A stretch of DNA of 64,000 bases from Octopus vulgaris (taxonomy: Eukaryota), in assembly GCA_951406725.2 (NCBI GenBank), contig OX597827.1, positions 56,296,001 to 56,360,000 on the forward strand. The letters are read 5' to 3'. A model generated the notes under the pieces. The model saw only the letters and a list, made by a program, of their open reading frames with translations, had not been told where the DNA came from and searched no databases. Within the stretch, counting starts at the first letter, position 1, and each line of letters begins with the position of its first letter. Positions 1-13,231 of this stretch are shown here, one piece after another. The position numbers and the translations under genes were made by a program.

Positions 1-88
1 GGATGTATTTATAAACCTATAATGGAACTGTAAAACATATATATATATATATCATGCTATTAGAATCATAGAAATATTTAGGATAAAT

Positions 89-325
89 AAGGCAGTGAGC
101 TGGCAGAAGCGTTAGCGCGCTGGTCGAAATGCTTAGCAGTATTTTCTCTGCCGTTACGTTCTGAGTTCAAATTCCGCCAAGGTTGACTTTGCCTTTCATC
201 CTTTTGGGGTCGATAAATTAAGTACCAGTTACACACTGGGGTCGATTTAATCGACTTAATCTCTTTGTCTTTCCTTGTTTGTCCCCTCTGTGTTTAGCTC
301 CTTGTGGGCAATAAGGAAATAAGAA
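89..325 (+). mobile_element. tRNA-derived SINE family A
   Basis: Head gagctggcagaagcgttagc, B-box-like gagttcaaattcc, core gcctttcatccttt.ggggtcgataaattaagtaccag. Other copies at about 14090-14298(-), 25614-25843, 36415-36575 and 44252-44470. Confidence 0.8.
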
Positions 326-2339
326 ATCGTTAGGATAAATTGGTATATTTAGAATTTTCTTTGGTAAAACTCTAGGGAAAAGTAAGTTAAATTCTATTTG
401 GTATTGTTGATTCTGAGATGCTTTGGAGAGATATTCCTATGCATAATAGCTAATGCAAACTTGGGATGAGAACCATTTAAGACTTTAGTGTTTACTGATT
501 AGCCAGTGATGAGACCTCTCTTAGGTTAGGCTGCTACATGTCAAAACCAAATTTCCTTAAAACTACATTTAAGTCTTGGATAATGTCCAAGGTACACTAT
601 TCCAGAAAGAGTAGACAATGTTTTTTGATTATAGGTCATCAGTGTTTTTTTAGCTGACTAAAATGTTGATGGTACAATAGCTGAATAGTAGAAATGTCAG
701 TCTGCTGCTGGTTCATTTATTCTAGTTTAGACCTTCTTATTTAACATCATGTAGTTGATAGGCCTTCTCTGAAATTCTTGAGTAAGAGAACTGCCAAAAG
801 TGGAAAACACCAGAAAGCACTTATCAGGCTCATTTAAACCAGCCAGAATATTCTATGTTTTATGTTCAAATCAGCTGGATTCTGGTCTCTCACACCTATA
901 TTATAATGTTATAAAAATAAAGCAATGACATCATTATGATCTCAGAACAAGGTGAGGCATGATTAATTCAATATATTTTAACCCTTTAGCATTCAGATTC
1001 CTTTAAGTAATTTTTTGTAATTTTTTTTCTCTGTGATGAAAAAAAAACTATATTTATATACATATATATATTTATAGAGAGAGAGAGGGGGGTAGACACA
1101 GGTATGACTGTGGTTAAGCAGCTCACTTTGCAACCAGGTAGTTTTGGGGTTCAGTCCTGCTCTGTAGCAGTTTGGGCCAGTATCTTCTAATATAGCCAAG
1201 TCAGCCAAAGCCTTGTGAGTGTGTTTATGTCTCCATAATTTGGTAGTTCAGCAAAAGAGACTTTAAAATAAAACTCACTCAAATGGTGCCCCAGCTTGGC
1301 CAGTTGAATGACAATAAAAGATGTTTCAGACATGGTACTTTTCCATGTAAAGTTGGATTATATTTGCTATTGTTGATCCTGAGATGCTTTGAAGAGATAT
1401 TTCTATGCATAATAGCTAATGCAAACTTGGGATGAGAACCATATAAAACTTTAATATATACTGATTAGCTTGTGATGAGACCTCTCTTTGGTTGAGCTAT
1501 GACATGTCAAAGCCAAATTTCCTTCAAACTACATTTAAGTCTTGGATAATGGATGTCATTCCAACTTCTCAGTTTAATGGTTGATATATATGTATTCCAA
1601 CCATTCTGAAGAATCTTTGATGTAACACAAAGACTGGCTGGCCTGGACTTGGCTCGTACCAAATTTACTCCCTTCACAGAAAATTTTCTATATATATATA
1701 TACACACACACACATTCATATGCGCTCACCCTCATACATAAACACACCATTCTTACATATGTGCACCCAAGTTTGGCCAGGACACCATTATTTTCTCCCT
1801 TTCACTCACCCTCTTCTTCCAGTCATTTCATCATGTTGAACCATTAATCCCTACACATTTTCTCCACCCTTTTTCTCAAAGACCATAGGCTCAAAACATC
1901 AAGGTCTTTTCCATTCTTCTGATACACCTGCTTGTTGTTCCTTCACCTGTCTTCGTTTTTTTTGTTTTCTGTAAACTAATATAAATGAGACTCCATGTAC
2001 GACATCCCTGTAATTCACATATGTAAAACAGAAGGAAGAAATAACAAAAGCAAAGTCTAATGGTTATATATATATAAAATATGGTGTTTTCTGAAAATAA
2101 ATTGATTATGTGTTATAGATTTGGTCCCATCTCTAGGTTGTCTCATATTATAGATGGAAATATGCAATCATTCTGAAATCCAAAACACTTCTGGTGCCTA
2201 GCATTTCCAATAAAGGATTATCAACTCTTATGTTGCAATTTTTCTCAAGAATCTTGCTACTAGATTCTTGGGTAGAAGATAGATGGATGTCGTTCCAACT
2301 TCTCAGTTTAATAGTTAGTATATATGTATTCCAACCATT

Positions 2340-2670
2340 CTGAAGAATTTCTGGTGTAACATTGCTTGACAGGGTGCTTACCTTAGAGATCAAGGAGTCT
2401 CTCTCCAAGTCAAGCCACTACTTCGCCACATTGGGAGATCAAAGTTCCTATACTATAGATGTGATTAGAATTCCACAGGAAAGAATCACATCTCCTGAAA
2501 GATTCAGGCTGAACCAACCAGCAAGAGGCATAGGGGCTGACCATGAATGAGATGATTGGATATTATCCATAGTCTCACATGGTTGTGCTTGGGAATCAAA
2601 CTGCAAAATGTAATGATGGTTGCTTCTGATAGGACCCTGTGGGGATGACCTCCAGGATCGAGTATTTCAG
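2340..2670 (+). mobile_element. RTE-clade LINE RT C-terminal fragment
   Basis: VIRIPQERI...QAEPTSKRHRG...RLDIIHSLTWLCLGI...VASDRTLW. Related pieces at about 4785-5050, 40830-41100 + 41385-41520, and 17780-18080(-). Confidence 0.6.
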
Positions 2671-2754
2671 TAATTATGCCATGAGTGTTAAATTCTGTGA
2701 CTTTATGTTGTTTTGTTTGAAATGATTACATTTCGTTTGCATTAATACTTTTGG

Positions 2755-3600
2755 CAAGCTGGCAGAAACGTTAGCACGCCGGGTGAAATGCTTAGCGGTA
2801 TTTTGTCTGCCATTATGTTCTTAGTTCAAATTCCACTGAGGTCGACTTTGCTTTTCATCCTTTTGGGGTCAATAAATTAAGTACCAGTTACATACTGGGT
2901 CGATGTAATCGACTTAATTCCTTTGTCTGTCCCCTCTATGTTTAGCCCCATGTAGGCAATAAAGAAATAAGAAATGTTAGCACGCCAGGCAAAATGCTTA
3001 GCAGTATTTTGTCTGTCTTTACACTCCGAGTTCAAATTCCACCAGGGTCAACTTTGCATTTCATCCTTTTGGGGTCAATAAATTAAATGCCAATTGCATA
3101 CTGGGGTCGATCTAATCGACTGGCCCCCTCCCTCAAAAGTTTGTGGCTTGTGCCTAGAGTAGAAAAGTTTATTAATACTTTTGTCAAGGCAGCTAGCTGG
3201 CAGAATCATTAGCACACCAGGTGAAATACTTAATGGTATTTCATCTGCCGCTATATTCTGAGTTCAAATTCCGCCAAGGTTGACTTTGCCGTTCATCCTT
3301 TTGGGGTCAATTAAATAAGTACTAGTTATGCACTGGGGTTGATGTAATCAACTCATCCCCACCTCCCCAAGCTGTGAAATAATTATTAATGCTTTTGTGA
3401 AGTCAGCTGGTAGAATTGTTAGTACACCAGACTAAGTGCTTAGTGGTATTTCATGTTCTGAGTTCAAATTTCACCAAGGTCAACATTGCTTTTCATCCTT
3501 CCAAGGGTCAATAAAGTGAGTACCAGTTGAGCACTGGGGTCGATGTAATCAATTTACCCCCTCCCCCAGGCTTCCTGGCCTTGTGCCAAAATTTGAAACC
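2755..3600 (+). mobile_element. Tandem cluster of four SINE-A copies
   Basis: Four head-to-tail units starting at about 2755, 2970, 3186 and 3403. Confidence 0.8.
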
Positions 3601-4257
3601 ATTCTCAATGTTTTTGTGAAAAGTATGAATGTCACAACTTCCTATGTATCCCCCACACACACACTTTTTCTCTCACCATAAAAAATACTTTTAGGGGTAC
3701 TAAACCTACATTAAAAAAATAAATCATATTAGTTAACCCTAAGGGTTACATGAAAATGAAATTTGTTGTGCTTTAACCAAAGATTTTCCTTGGTAAGAAA
3801 GAAAAAGAGGAAAATTCTCAGAGCTTTCATTGTATTGAAATATTTTGTTTCTGTTTGAATTGTTATAAGACTAAGGTCTGAAAAATGCATGGTTAATTCT
3901 GCTGTAAAAAAATATCATTTATTAGATAAACTTAACTTAGGTTATAATTCTACTTGTAACAGGTAAAATTGTATTAAGTCTAGTTTGCTGAAAAATGTAT
4001 CAGGAAATGTTATTAAATAAATGACAAGCTTATGATTTGTCAGTAAAGGTTTCTTGATGGAAAATATTAAGTGCTGAGTTTTCTAATTTGAATTCTATAA
4101 GAGAACAATTTACAGTTCACTGCTGGAATAAATTTGAATTTTTCTTTTTCAACTATTACTGGTTGTGTTTTATTTATTCCTGTTAAACCTTATAAACACT
4201 ACAAGCAAGATGATTTGGTGATACTTTAGCATGTGATCTATTGCAGTATCTGTTTAC

Positions 4258-4488
4258 ACAGTTGTTAGTTGTCGGAGCACTGCATCCTTCAAAACTTCCA
4301 TGCTTCCTGAGATTCGCCAACACTACACCTGATTTTCTCCCCTCCATACACACACAGGCATGTATCTGACTCATACATTGTTCGCTTTCCAGACATTTTT
4401 ACATTACTGCATGTACTTTATATGCACTTTCTGACAAGTTGTGGTGCACCTGAGCACTGTATACAATAATTTCACTATTATCATTATT
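4258..4488 (+). mobile_element. CR1-clade LINE 3' end, shortest copy
   Basis: Matches 16214-16440. Confidence 0.85.
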
Positions 4489-7400
4489 GAAATTACCTGA
4501 TCTGGGTTGGGTTTAGGGTTTGACTGCACACTAAATAAAGTGTAAGGGGCCAGGTGGACCACATGCTAAAGTGGCAATGATAAATCATTGAGTTGAATTT
4601 GTGGAGTGCTGGCATAATCCTGCTGTTACTATATTTGTGCTGAAATTCACTTCTTATTTTTTTATGGCTGGATTCACCTGCCATGTTTCTCTATCCAACA
4701 TCACTGTCTGGAGGTCCTGGATACACTGTCTTTATTTCAATTAAGTTTGAAAAATTTATCTCAAAATTACATTGCCATTTAAGCATTGAAAGACCACAGC
4801 TCCAGTACTATTGATGTGATTAGAATGTAGCAGGAAAAAATCACAAGACAGATTCTTTAAGCCAAGCCACCTGGCAGAAGACCTAGAGGTAGACCAAAAG
4901 GAAAATGGTTGGACTATATTCATAGACTTAGTTGGTCATGCTTGGGAATCCAACTAGAAAGCTTCATGATGGTTGCTTCTGATAGGACCCTATGGGGACT
5001 TTACCCCCACAACCTTATCAGGTATAGTGAGCAGAGATTAGTGGATGAATTTAATCCTGATACCTACCAACCTGTCTGAGAAGACTCCACATTCTATAAT
5101 ACAAACTTCTTGATTTAACCCTTTTGTCACCGTATTTATTTTGTGATGCTCTGTGTTTCTCTCAATTAATTAAGTACCCACTACACTCACGGAGTGGTTG
5201 GTGTTAGGAAGGGCATCCAGCTGTAGAAACACTGCCAGATCAGACTGGAGCCTGGTGCAGCCTCCTGGCTTCCCAGACCCCGGTTGAACCGTCCAACCCA
5301 TGCTAGCATGGAAAACGGACTTTAAACGATGATGATGATAACAAAGAATTTAGTAAAATAACTTAGTTATCATTAAGCTAGTGTTAGGAACATAAATTGT
5401 GACTAAGGTTTGGTGGAAGATTTTAATTCAAAACTTATGAAAACAAGACATTTGTACTCAGAGCCAGAGTTGGTTTTAGCTGGGTTGTTAATGAGAGGGT
5501 TAAAGTGGTCTAAATTAAAACCTGACATCAAAATTTCTTTTTATTTGTTCTATACACCATCTTAATAATGACAAAGTTATTCACTAAATTCTCCATCATT
5601 TTCAAAATGAGTTGAAACAAAGGCAGTGTAGTTTAACAGAAATTTGGTAACAAAAAGGTTTAAGCTGGTGTTTGGAACATATATTCACATGAAATTTTGA
5701 TGAAAGGTCTTTAGATCAATTTGACATAGGGACATGGGGACAGTTGGTATCAAAAGAGATTTAATATTCACTTGTAAGGCAGTTAGTTAATTGGCAGAAT
5801 CATTGTAACATCACTCTTTTACTTGTTTCAGTCATGTGACTGTGGCCTTGCTGGAGCACTGCCTTCAGTCGAGCAAATTGACCCCATGACTTCTTTGTAA
5901 GCCTAGTATTTATTCTATTGGTCTCTTTTGCTGAACTGCTAAGTTATGGGTACGTAAACACACCAGCATCGGTTGTCAAGCGATGTTGGGGGACAAACAG
6001 ATACACAAACATACATATATACGATGGGCTTCTTTCAGTTTCCATCTACCAAATCCACTCACAAGGCTTTGGTCGGCCCGAAGCTATAGTAGAAGACACT
6101 TGCCCAAGGTGCCACACAGTGGGACTGAACCCAGAACCATGTGGTTCGTAAGCAAGCTACTTACCACACAGCCACTCCTACACCTATCAGACAAATTACC
6201 TTGTAAATTATTTCAGCCTTTTGTGTTCCGACTCAGATTAACTTTGCCTTTTATCTTCCTGGGGTCAATCAATAAATATAGTACCAGTCACTACTGGGGC
6301 CAATTCCATTCAATCTCAAAATCAGTTATGCTGCACTGTGAGAAGGGTTAAGTATTCACAGTAATCTTTTGCTAGAAATGGACAAGGTTTGAGCAAGGGG
6401 AATCCTGGAAAACTAATGTGCTACTAACATAAAAAGCACCCATATTCTGGTTGGATTTAGGTGTAGAAATCTAGCCAAAACAGACTATGGAACCTGGTGC
6501 GGCCCCTGGCCTTGTCAGTTACTGTCAAGTTGTCCAACCCATGCCAGCATGAAAAACGGATGTTAAATGCTGATAATGATGATGATGGATATTGGTAAGT
6601 AACAGCTGCATAGAACAGTGAAAAAATTTTTTCCCGGCAATGAATTCTATTAATTTTCTCTGTAACCTCCTTAAACTGTTGGATAAATGAATGAGTATGC
6701 TCATCCTCACAGTTGAGGGTCAGGGTGGGGGGGTCTCAGCCTCACATCACTCCCCACCACAAAATACAGTCACTCTGCTGTAATTCTCAATCGTACACTC
6801 TGCCAGAACCTTTCCCAGTCCTTGATATCATTTTTGTCTTTATCGTGTGCAAGCCCATTTTACATCCACCTAGACCCAAGGATGTAGCTGTAGAGGTTCG
6901 GGGCACCCCGCGCAACATAACCAAAATATTGTAGTTTTCACCCTATGACTATTATCACCAACTTTCAATGTATCTATCGTCTCCACAATAAATTATTTAT
7001 TCTTTGGGCTTCCAAACTGTAGGATTATTTTTATTTTTTATATGGCATGAAGCATTTTTGGACATTATGAAGATATAAGTTTTCTTTATCTGCTGAATTT
7101 GGAAGAAGGACCTGTGCCCATAACCTTTTGCAGGCTCTCTGAGACTGGAAGGATTGATGCCATTAAGGTTCCATTTAAACTGTTGCAGGTCAATTCCTAC
7201 AGTGAAGAGATCCCTGAGAGCTAATGTTCTGGGGAAGAAGGGTGTGCTCATACACACAAACAGACTGTTTCCATCTACCAAATTTCAGTACTAAAGCTAC
7301 AGTTAAAAATACTTTGCCCATGTTGTAGGACCAAACCTGGATCTACACAGTGGAGTGAACTTCTCAAACACACACGTGTGTACATAAGTATTGTGATTTA

Positions 7401-8024
7401 ACATGCATTTTCCATGCTGGCATGGGTTGGACAGCTTGACAGGAACAGGCAAGGCAAGGAGCCACACCAAGTTCCACAGTGTTTTGGTTTCGTTTCTACA
7501 GCTGGATGCCCTTCCTAATGCCAACCACTTTATAGGGTGTACTGGGTGCTTCTTACATGGTACTAGCATGGCTGTGGGCTGAGAAGCTTGCTTCCTAACT
7601 ATATGGTGTAGAGTTCAATCCCACTGCACAGCAACTCTGGCAAGCATCTTCTACTACAATCTTGTAGGTGGATTTAGTAGACAAAAACTGAAAGAAGCCT
7701 GTCGTATATATGCGCGTTTGTGTGTATGCATTCATGTACTTTTTACATGGAACTAGCACCCACACTAAAGCTTTTTACATGACACCTTGGATTTAGGATC
7801 CCAATTCTGTTGTGGTAGGTAGGAAAATAACATCACTAGGTGAGACAAGCTGACACTGAATTAGCTTCGCTGATTGACAGGCGACGGTCTCATTTAGAGA
7901 ATGCGCGGGCTAAGACTACACGCCTTCATTAGTCAGTTCCTCCTGATGAGGTCTTGAGCTAACTGGATCCTATAATGGAGCTGTTGTGGTAGCAGACCAT
8001 GAAATGCAGTTGAAATTCCTTGAG

Positions 8025-8815
8025 GAAGACTCCCTTTCCCCCATTCATCCTCCACATTTAATAGTCTTTCATAGTAGCTCTTCCATGGCTCTTTCCTTTC
8101 AGGATCACTAAGAGCAAGCACACCAATATCCATCCATACACACTTCTCTCCCACATGTTGATTCTCTTTCACCATCTCATTTTTTTTTTATAGTATTAAG
8201 GATTACATTATTGAATATCCTCTAAGATGGTGGTGTGCAAGTTGAAAAAGGATTAACTGAATTTCTATATAGAAGTTTCATCACTGGCAAACATGCTTCT
8301 AGTTTCCTTATACCAAATCCATTCACAAGGCTTTGTCTGATCAGCCTGGGATTATAGTTGAAGACACTTACCCAAGGTACAGATCTTCAACACAACATCC
8401 TGCCACTTGTTGCAGTCTCTTGCCATCTTGACATCCTGAAATCACCTTTCACCATTTCTGATGGTTCCCTTTGCATGGATGTTCTGGCACTTCCTTACCC
8501 ACATACATTGCAAGTCTGAACTAATGCAATCATCTCCCTTACACACTGTACCCGATTCCTCTAAAACCAGGATTTTCCTCTCAGTTCAGCTATGCCTTGT
8601 CATTCATACATCCAATAGATCATGCTTGCTTCATTTCTTTTCTGACAAATGTCTTCGCCATTCAATATCCCATATCTACTACATTACAGTAACACTGTTT
8701 GACACAAGCACTATAGTCTTGTTGTTAATAGCTCCCTGAACATTCTCCACTTCTAATCTGCATTCAGAACACATTCCTCCACTGCTGGTAATATAGGGAA
8801 GATCTGCACCTGGAG
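8025..8815 (-). mobile_element. RTE-type LINE ORF fragments
   Basis: EKCVWMDIGVLALSDPERKEPWKSYYERLLNVEDEW (RTE endonuclease-RT linker) plus a decayed RT C-terminal piece at about 8385-8810, interrupted by a SINE-B fragment. Confidence 0.55.
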
Positions 8816-8916
8816 AAATGACTTTCCTTCCATGTTTTGGTTTCTTTTTTTTTTACTCTTTTACTCATTTCAGCCATGTGGCTGTGGTCATGGTGGAACA
8901 CACCATGAAGAATGCA

Positions 8917-8957
8917 TTCCCATGCCAGGAATCAAACCTAGGCCGTCTGGGTAAAAA
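8917..8957 (-). pseudogene. 3' half of a tRNA-Glu(TTC)-like sequence
   Basis: Minus strand TTTTACCCAGACGGCCTAGGTTTGATTCCTGGCATGGGAA resembles the tRNA-Glu 3' half TTTCACCCAGGCGGCCCGGGTTCGATTCCCGGTATGGGAA. The 5' half is absent. Confidence 0.55.
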
Positions 8958-9004
8958 TGAGGTACATGAAAATATTTTTTTCCACAGAAAAATACAATAA
9001 AAAT

Positions 9005-10611
9005 ACTAGGATTTTTGCATTCATTTATTTTTTTTTAATTCTTTTCTCCTTCCAATTTTGTAATTTCTCAAACAAGTCTATAAAAAATTTTGCTTTGTTG
9101 CAGTTTTTTTTAAATTTTATTTTGTACTCTTGGTTCAAGATAGAAGTTTAAAAAAAAGGGAAGGGGGAATGATTATTTAAATTAGGAATATGTATAATAA
9201 AAATAAAAATCAATCTTAAAAAAAAACAAAAAAACAAATCTACACATGTGGGAGATTAGTAGAATGACATTTTAAACTAACTGTATGGATTTTAAAATAT
9301 TTTTATTATTATTAAACTGGAACAAGGATCCAGTCAAAAGTTAGTCTACTGAACCAAAATTTAGAATCTGGTTCTTAAAGACCTAACACAGATCAACAGT
9401 TAGAAACTTTAAACAATTATATTCCATTGTATGGCTTACACAAATAAAACAAAATTTGGTCTTGACATGACTATAATCAGTACAAACACAGAAAAAGATT
9501 GGCATGTATGTACTATATGTGTGTGTGTGTGTGTGTAGTCTAAAAGACAATTTGACTATCAAACGATCTGTTTTAGTCAAACTCAAGGAGGATCACCATA
9601 TTACACAGAAAACATTCGTACATAAATATATACCTTAATATATAGTAGTAGTAGTGTGTGTGTGTGTGTGTTCACACCGATACAATGAACATATATCAAG
9701 TGTGTGCATGAATGCACATTATATACTTTCACATTTTCAAGAGCTGGTATATGACAAAACTTTATAAAATTGTAAAGACACCTATATAAACCACCCTTAA
9801 AATTTAACTACATCAGACATATTACGTCCAGTGACCATACTGGCAGCCACAGTTGTATAAACCAACAAAGTTGCATCAAAATTCATAAATAAAGAGTCTG
9901 GCCTAAGACTTGAAACCTTGTTGTACTTGAAAGAGAGAAAAATATATATGGGGGAATGGCAGTCAAAAAAATATTGAAAGTAAGTTCACATCCAGAAGAT
10001 GGAAGGAAATGTTTATATATTTTTTGTGTTTGAGACTGGATATTCTAGTCTTGTAATGGAGACCATTCAATGCAATGTCAACAGCTGCTGAACCCTGCTT
10101 AATTGTCCAATGAAACAGCAGTACCAGTTGTTAAGAGTAACAGAGGTAGCAGCAGCAGAAGCAAGAGCTAAGGGGATGGTGGTCATAGTAATTGTAGTAG
10201 GAGTATTGTGGTAGTAATAGTAGTAACATTTTCTGAATGAAATGATGAGTAACAGTAAAGCATTCACTGAACATATTTGCAATGAGGTGTGAAAAGTAGA
10301 AAAGGAAAGAGGGACACACACGCACATGCATGCATGCACGCACACACACAGACAGACTGACAGACAGGTTCTGAGAAAGGGGCGAGGGGGAGAGAGAGAG
10401 AGAGAAAGAGAGAAAGAGACAGACAGAACAAGATGGGAGGAAACACAGTTTGGCAGTTGTAGTTGTCATGGATCCTAAATGCATGGTATGGATGAGGGTT
10501 GAAAAAAAAAAACAAAAAGCTCTACAGTGGAGGGAGTGGTAGGTAAGCAGTGTACAGACGGAAAGTTCTGCAAGGTTGAATCGTTGATACCCCGCTTGAT
10601 CTTGATGGCTT
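9005..10611 (-). other. Putative non-coding terminal (3'UTR) exon of the spp27-like gene
   Basis: GTGAGT donor 5 nt after the stop (12255-12260). Strong acceptor ttcttttttcatttcAG at 10612-10613. The region is free of recognisable TEs and carries CT/TG repeats. Candidate AATAAA at 9024-9029 on the minus strand; the 3' end is uncertain. Confidence 0.5.
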
Positions 10612-10789
10612 CTGAAATGAAAAAAGAAACATTGAAAATTAAAATTTAAAAGGAAATCTGGGAGTTCATTAGCAGTATCACGTTACCAAATAGGAGCATA
10701 GAATTAAAAACTAGTTTTTATATAGTAATTCTATTTAAAGAAATAAACACAAACAAAGCAGTTGTCTACAAGGAATAGTTACTAAAATG

Positions 10790-11017
10790 TTAACCCTTTC
10801 ATTACTGTATTTATTTTGAAATGCTCTGTGTTTCTTTCAATTATTTTAAATATAACAAAGAATTTAGTAAAATAACTTTGTTATCATTCAGCTAGTGTTA
10901 GGAACGTAAATTGTGACTAAGGCTTGGTGGAAGATTTTAATTCAAAACTTTTGAAAACAAGACATTTTACCACAGAACCAGAGCCGGTTTTGGCTGGGTT
11001 AGAAACAAAAGGGTTAA
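10790..11017. mobile_element. piggyBac-like MITE family 1 (TTAA-CCCTTT...AAAGGG-TTAA, ~225 bp)
   Basis: TTAA target with CCC/GGG termini. Other copies at about 5115-5503 (SINE-interrupted), 26343-26571, 30462-30692 and 45623-45853; decayed copies at about 42526-42670 and 52612-52835. Confidence 0.75.
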
Positions 11018-12265
11018 AATACATGAGGTTATACTAGTCATAGGCCAGTTATTTAGTATAGGAAGATGCAATCCTTAACAAGACTAGCATAGCAGGATCG
11101 TTGTGAACTGCCACAAGGGCAGAGGAAATATACTAGAAAGTAGCAAATACAAAGAAGGTTTCACAATTCAGGATTACCTTGAACAGAATGTAATTTGAGT
11201 CACCCATACCATATTTTTGATGAGGTAACCAGAACTAAGAACAAACTACTCTAACTTTGACAAAGTCCTTTGAGCATCAGGAAACAAGATGAACATTGAA
11301 TGGTTTGTAGCAACCATGCAAATATGTGTGGATGATAAAGTTAGCAAGATTGTGGTTGGTAACTAGTAAATAAGTATCACAATGTGTAAGAAGGTGTCAT
11401 CCACCCACTTTTATTTATTATAATCTGTAAGAATTCAGGACAATTGTCCTAGGAAACTTTTTATGCTGATGATCAGGTTCTTGTAGCAAGATCTGTGGAA
11501 GGGTTGCAGAAAAAGTTTCAAGCATATTTTTAAGTGGAAAGTTTAAATTCAAGATCAACATGAAGACCACAGTGCTAGCGACAAAACAAAGAACAAAATC
11601 TCCTGTAACATCTGGAAAGTAGCCTTGCTTGTTGTGTAGGAAAGACATAAGAAGGGATTCAGTATTGTGCACTAGGTGCAATTAATGCATACACAAAAAG
11701 GGTGGTGAGATCTCTTGTAGACTTACTGGAGAAAGAGGAATTTCTTCAAAGATGGTAAATCCACAAGTGCAGTTAGGTTCATGAATTTTGTTTCAAGATA
11801 TAGCAAATCTCAACAGCTAACTCACTAGATTAATTTATGTTACCTACATGAACTAATTATTGCAGAAGTTTGATGAAACGAAAATGTAGTTGCTCAAGTG
11901 AAGAAAGAGCTAAAAAAAGTTCAGCAAGCTACTGCATTTATGAGCTGTAAATGTAAGATTCTCCACGTAAGAAGGAGGAAGTATGTATAAGAAGTGTGAA
12001 ACAGTGAAACATAAATACTACAGGGAAAAAACCTGGAGGTAAGAGAGAAACTAGATGATCATAATCCATTGGATGCATAATGTTAACCTGCACAAGAGGC
12101 TGAGCTGAGTAAGCAGCTAAGCAAGTATGCAATTGGTAACAATGGAAGAGGAAGATAAAGGAAGCAGTGGCATTAGATGCTAAAATGTCAATAATGAGGA
12201 TTTTATGTTACAGTGAAGTAGTAACCATGACTGTAATCTGTATAGTTTAATAATACTCACATGAT

Positions 12266-12336
12266 TTAGTCCACAGCATCTTTGATGTGATTTTTAAGAT
12301 GTTTCATCATTCCAAATGTCCTGACCCGTTTTCTCC
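12266..12336 (-). CDS. spp27: UAF30/Spp27-like protein, last coding exon (GRKRVRTFGMMKHLKNHIKDAVD-stop)
   Basis: ttaaAG acceptor, phase 1 in. SWIB C-terminus FGMMKxLxxH. TAA at 12266-12268. The nine exons total 781 nt = 1 + 260 codons. Confidence 0.9.
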
Positions 12337-13231
12337 CTTTAAATTGTAAACAAAATAGGATATCATGAAATCTGATGTACAACAATACTTGATCAGTGAG
12401 AGACAGACAGAGAGAGAGAAGCTTCAAGTTAGAACGTAGGGGTATGTTTTATATTTCCAACATTGCAGTAGGCCAAGTCTAGTGGAAGGAAAATTATAAT
12501 GAACAAACCTATTTAGGAAGCTGGCAGAATCGTTAGAGTGTCAGAAAAATGTTTTTGAATTTACTCCAATGATAGGTATTTACCATCTAAACCAAACAAA
12601 ATCACTAGCCACACAACCTGATAATGATAGCAAGCAAATCTTCACAATATCGCCTAATGTCTTTAAATAAAGGACACATTGTATTATATAGTTTAGATAC
12701 ACTCTGCCTGTAAAGACATTTGATCATAGGTTTGCTAGATCAGGAATAACCTGGGGCTCAACAGCGGCAGAAAAAAGAAAGTAAAATACAATTATTAATG
12801 ACTCATGGGTATTTGGGTATTTTGAAAATACCTCATGGAGCAACAACCATGCCTTGCATAATTATGGGTTGCCTTTTGGCAAGGTGTAGCACCCATTCAG
12901 CTTGCCAAGGATACAGCAAAGTCATGGGACTGCAACATAGCAAATTGTGAAGAGCTAGTGGAAGAGCTCAATTGAGTCAACAGTGCTTCTTACATTGATG
13001 TGGAGTGGAGGAATCCTAGAAGGTCAACAGTCAGGACCACCAAGCTCTATCAAGAGAGTAACTGCAATGCAAGGGGGGGGGCAGTATCTACAGTTGAGTA
13101 ATCAGTTAGTGAAAGATTTATTATGACTCAAGATCTCAATTCAAATTCATAATAATGGAGTTGGATGGCGACAGAAAGTCATAAGAATCCATGAAGGCAG
13201 TATGAACAAAGAGAAGAGATGAATGACTACC

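Noticed and set aside
2755-3600. Possible tRNA gene cluster
   Set aside because: Only A/B-box-like heads without a cloverleaf; these are SINE copies.
10067-10515. Overlapping 83-117 aa ORFs
   Set aside because: Translations of CT/GT/TAC microsatellites in the putative 3'UTR.
11180-12200. Possible additional coding exons between the stop and the 3'UTR exon
   Set aside because: Looks like a very decayed minus-strand LINE endonuclease region; too degenerate to call.
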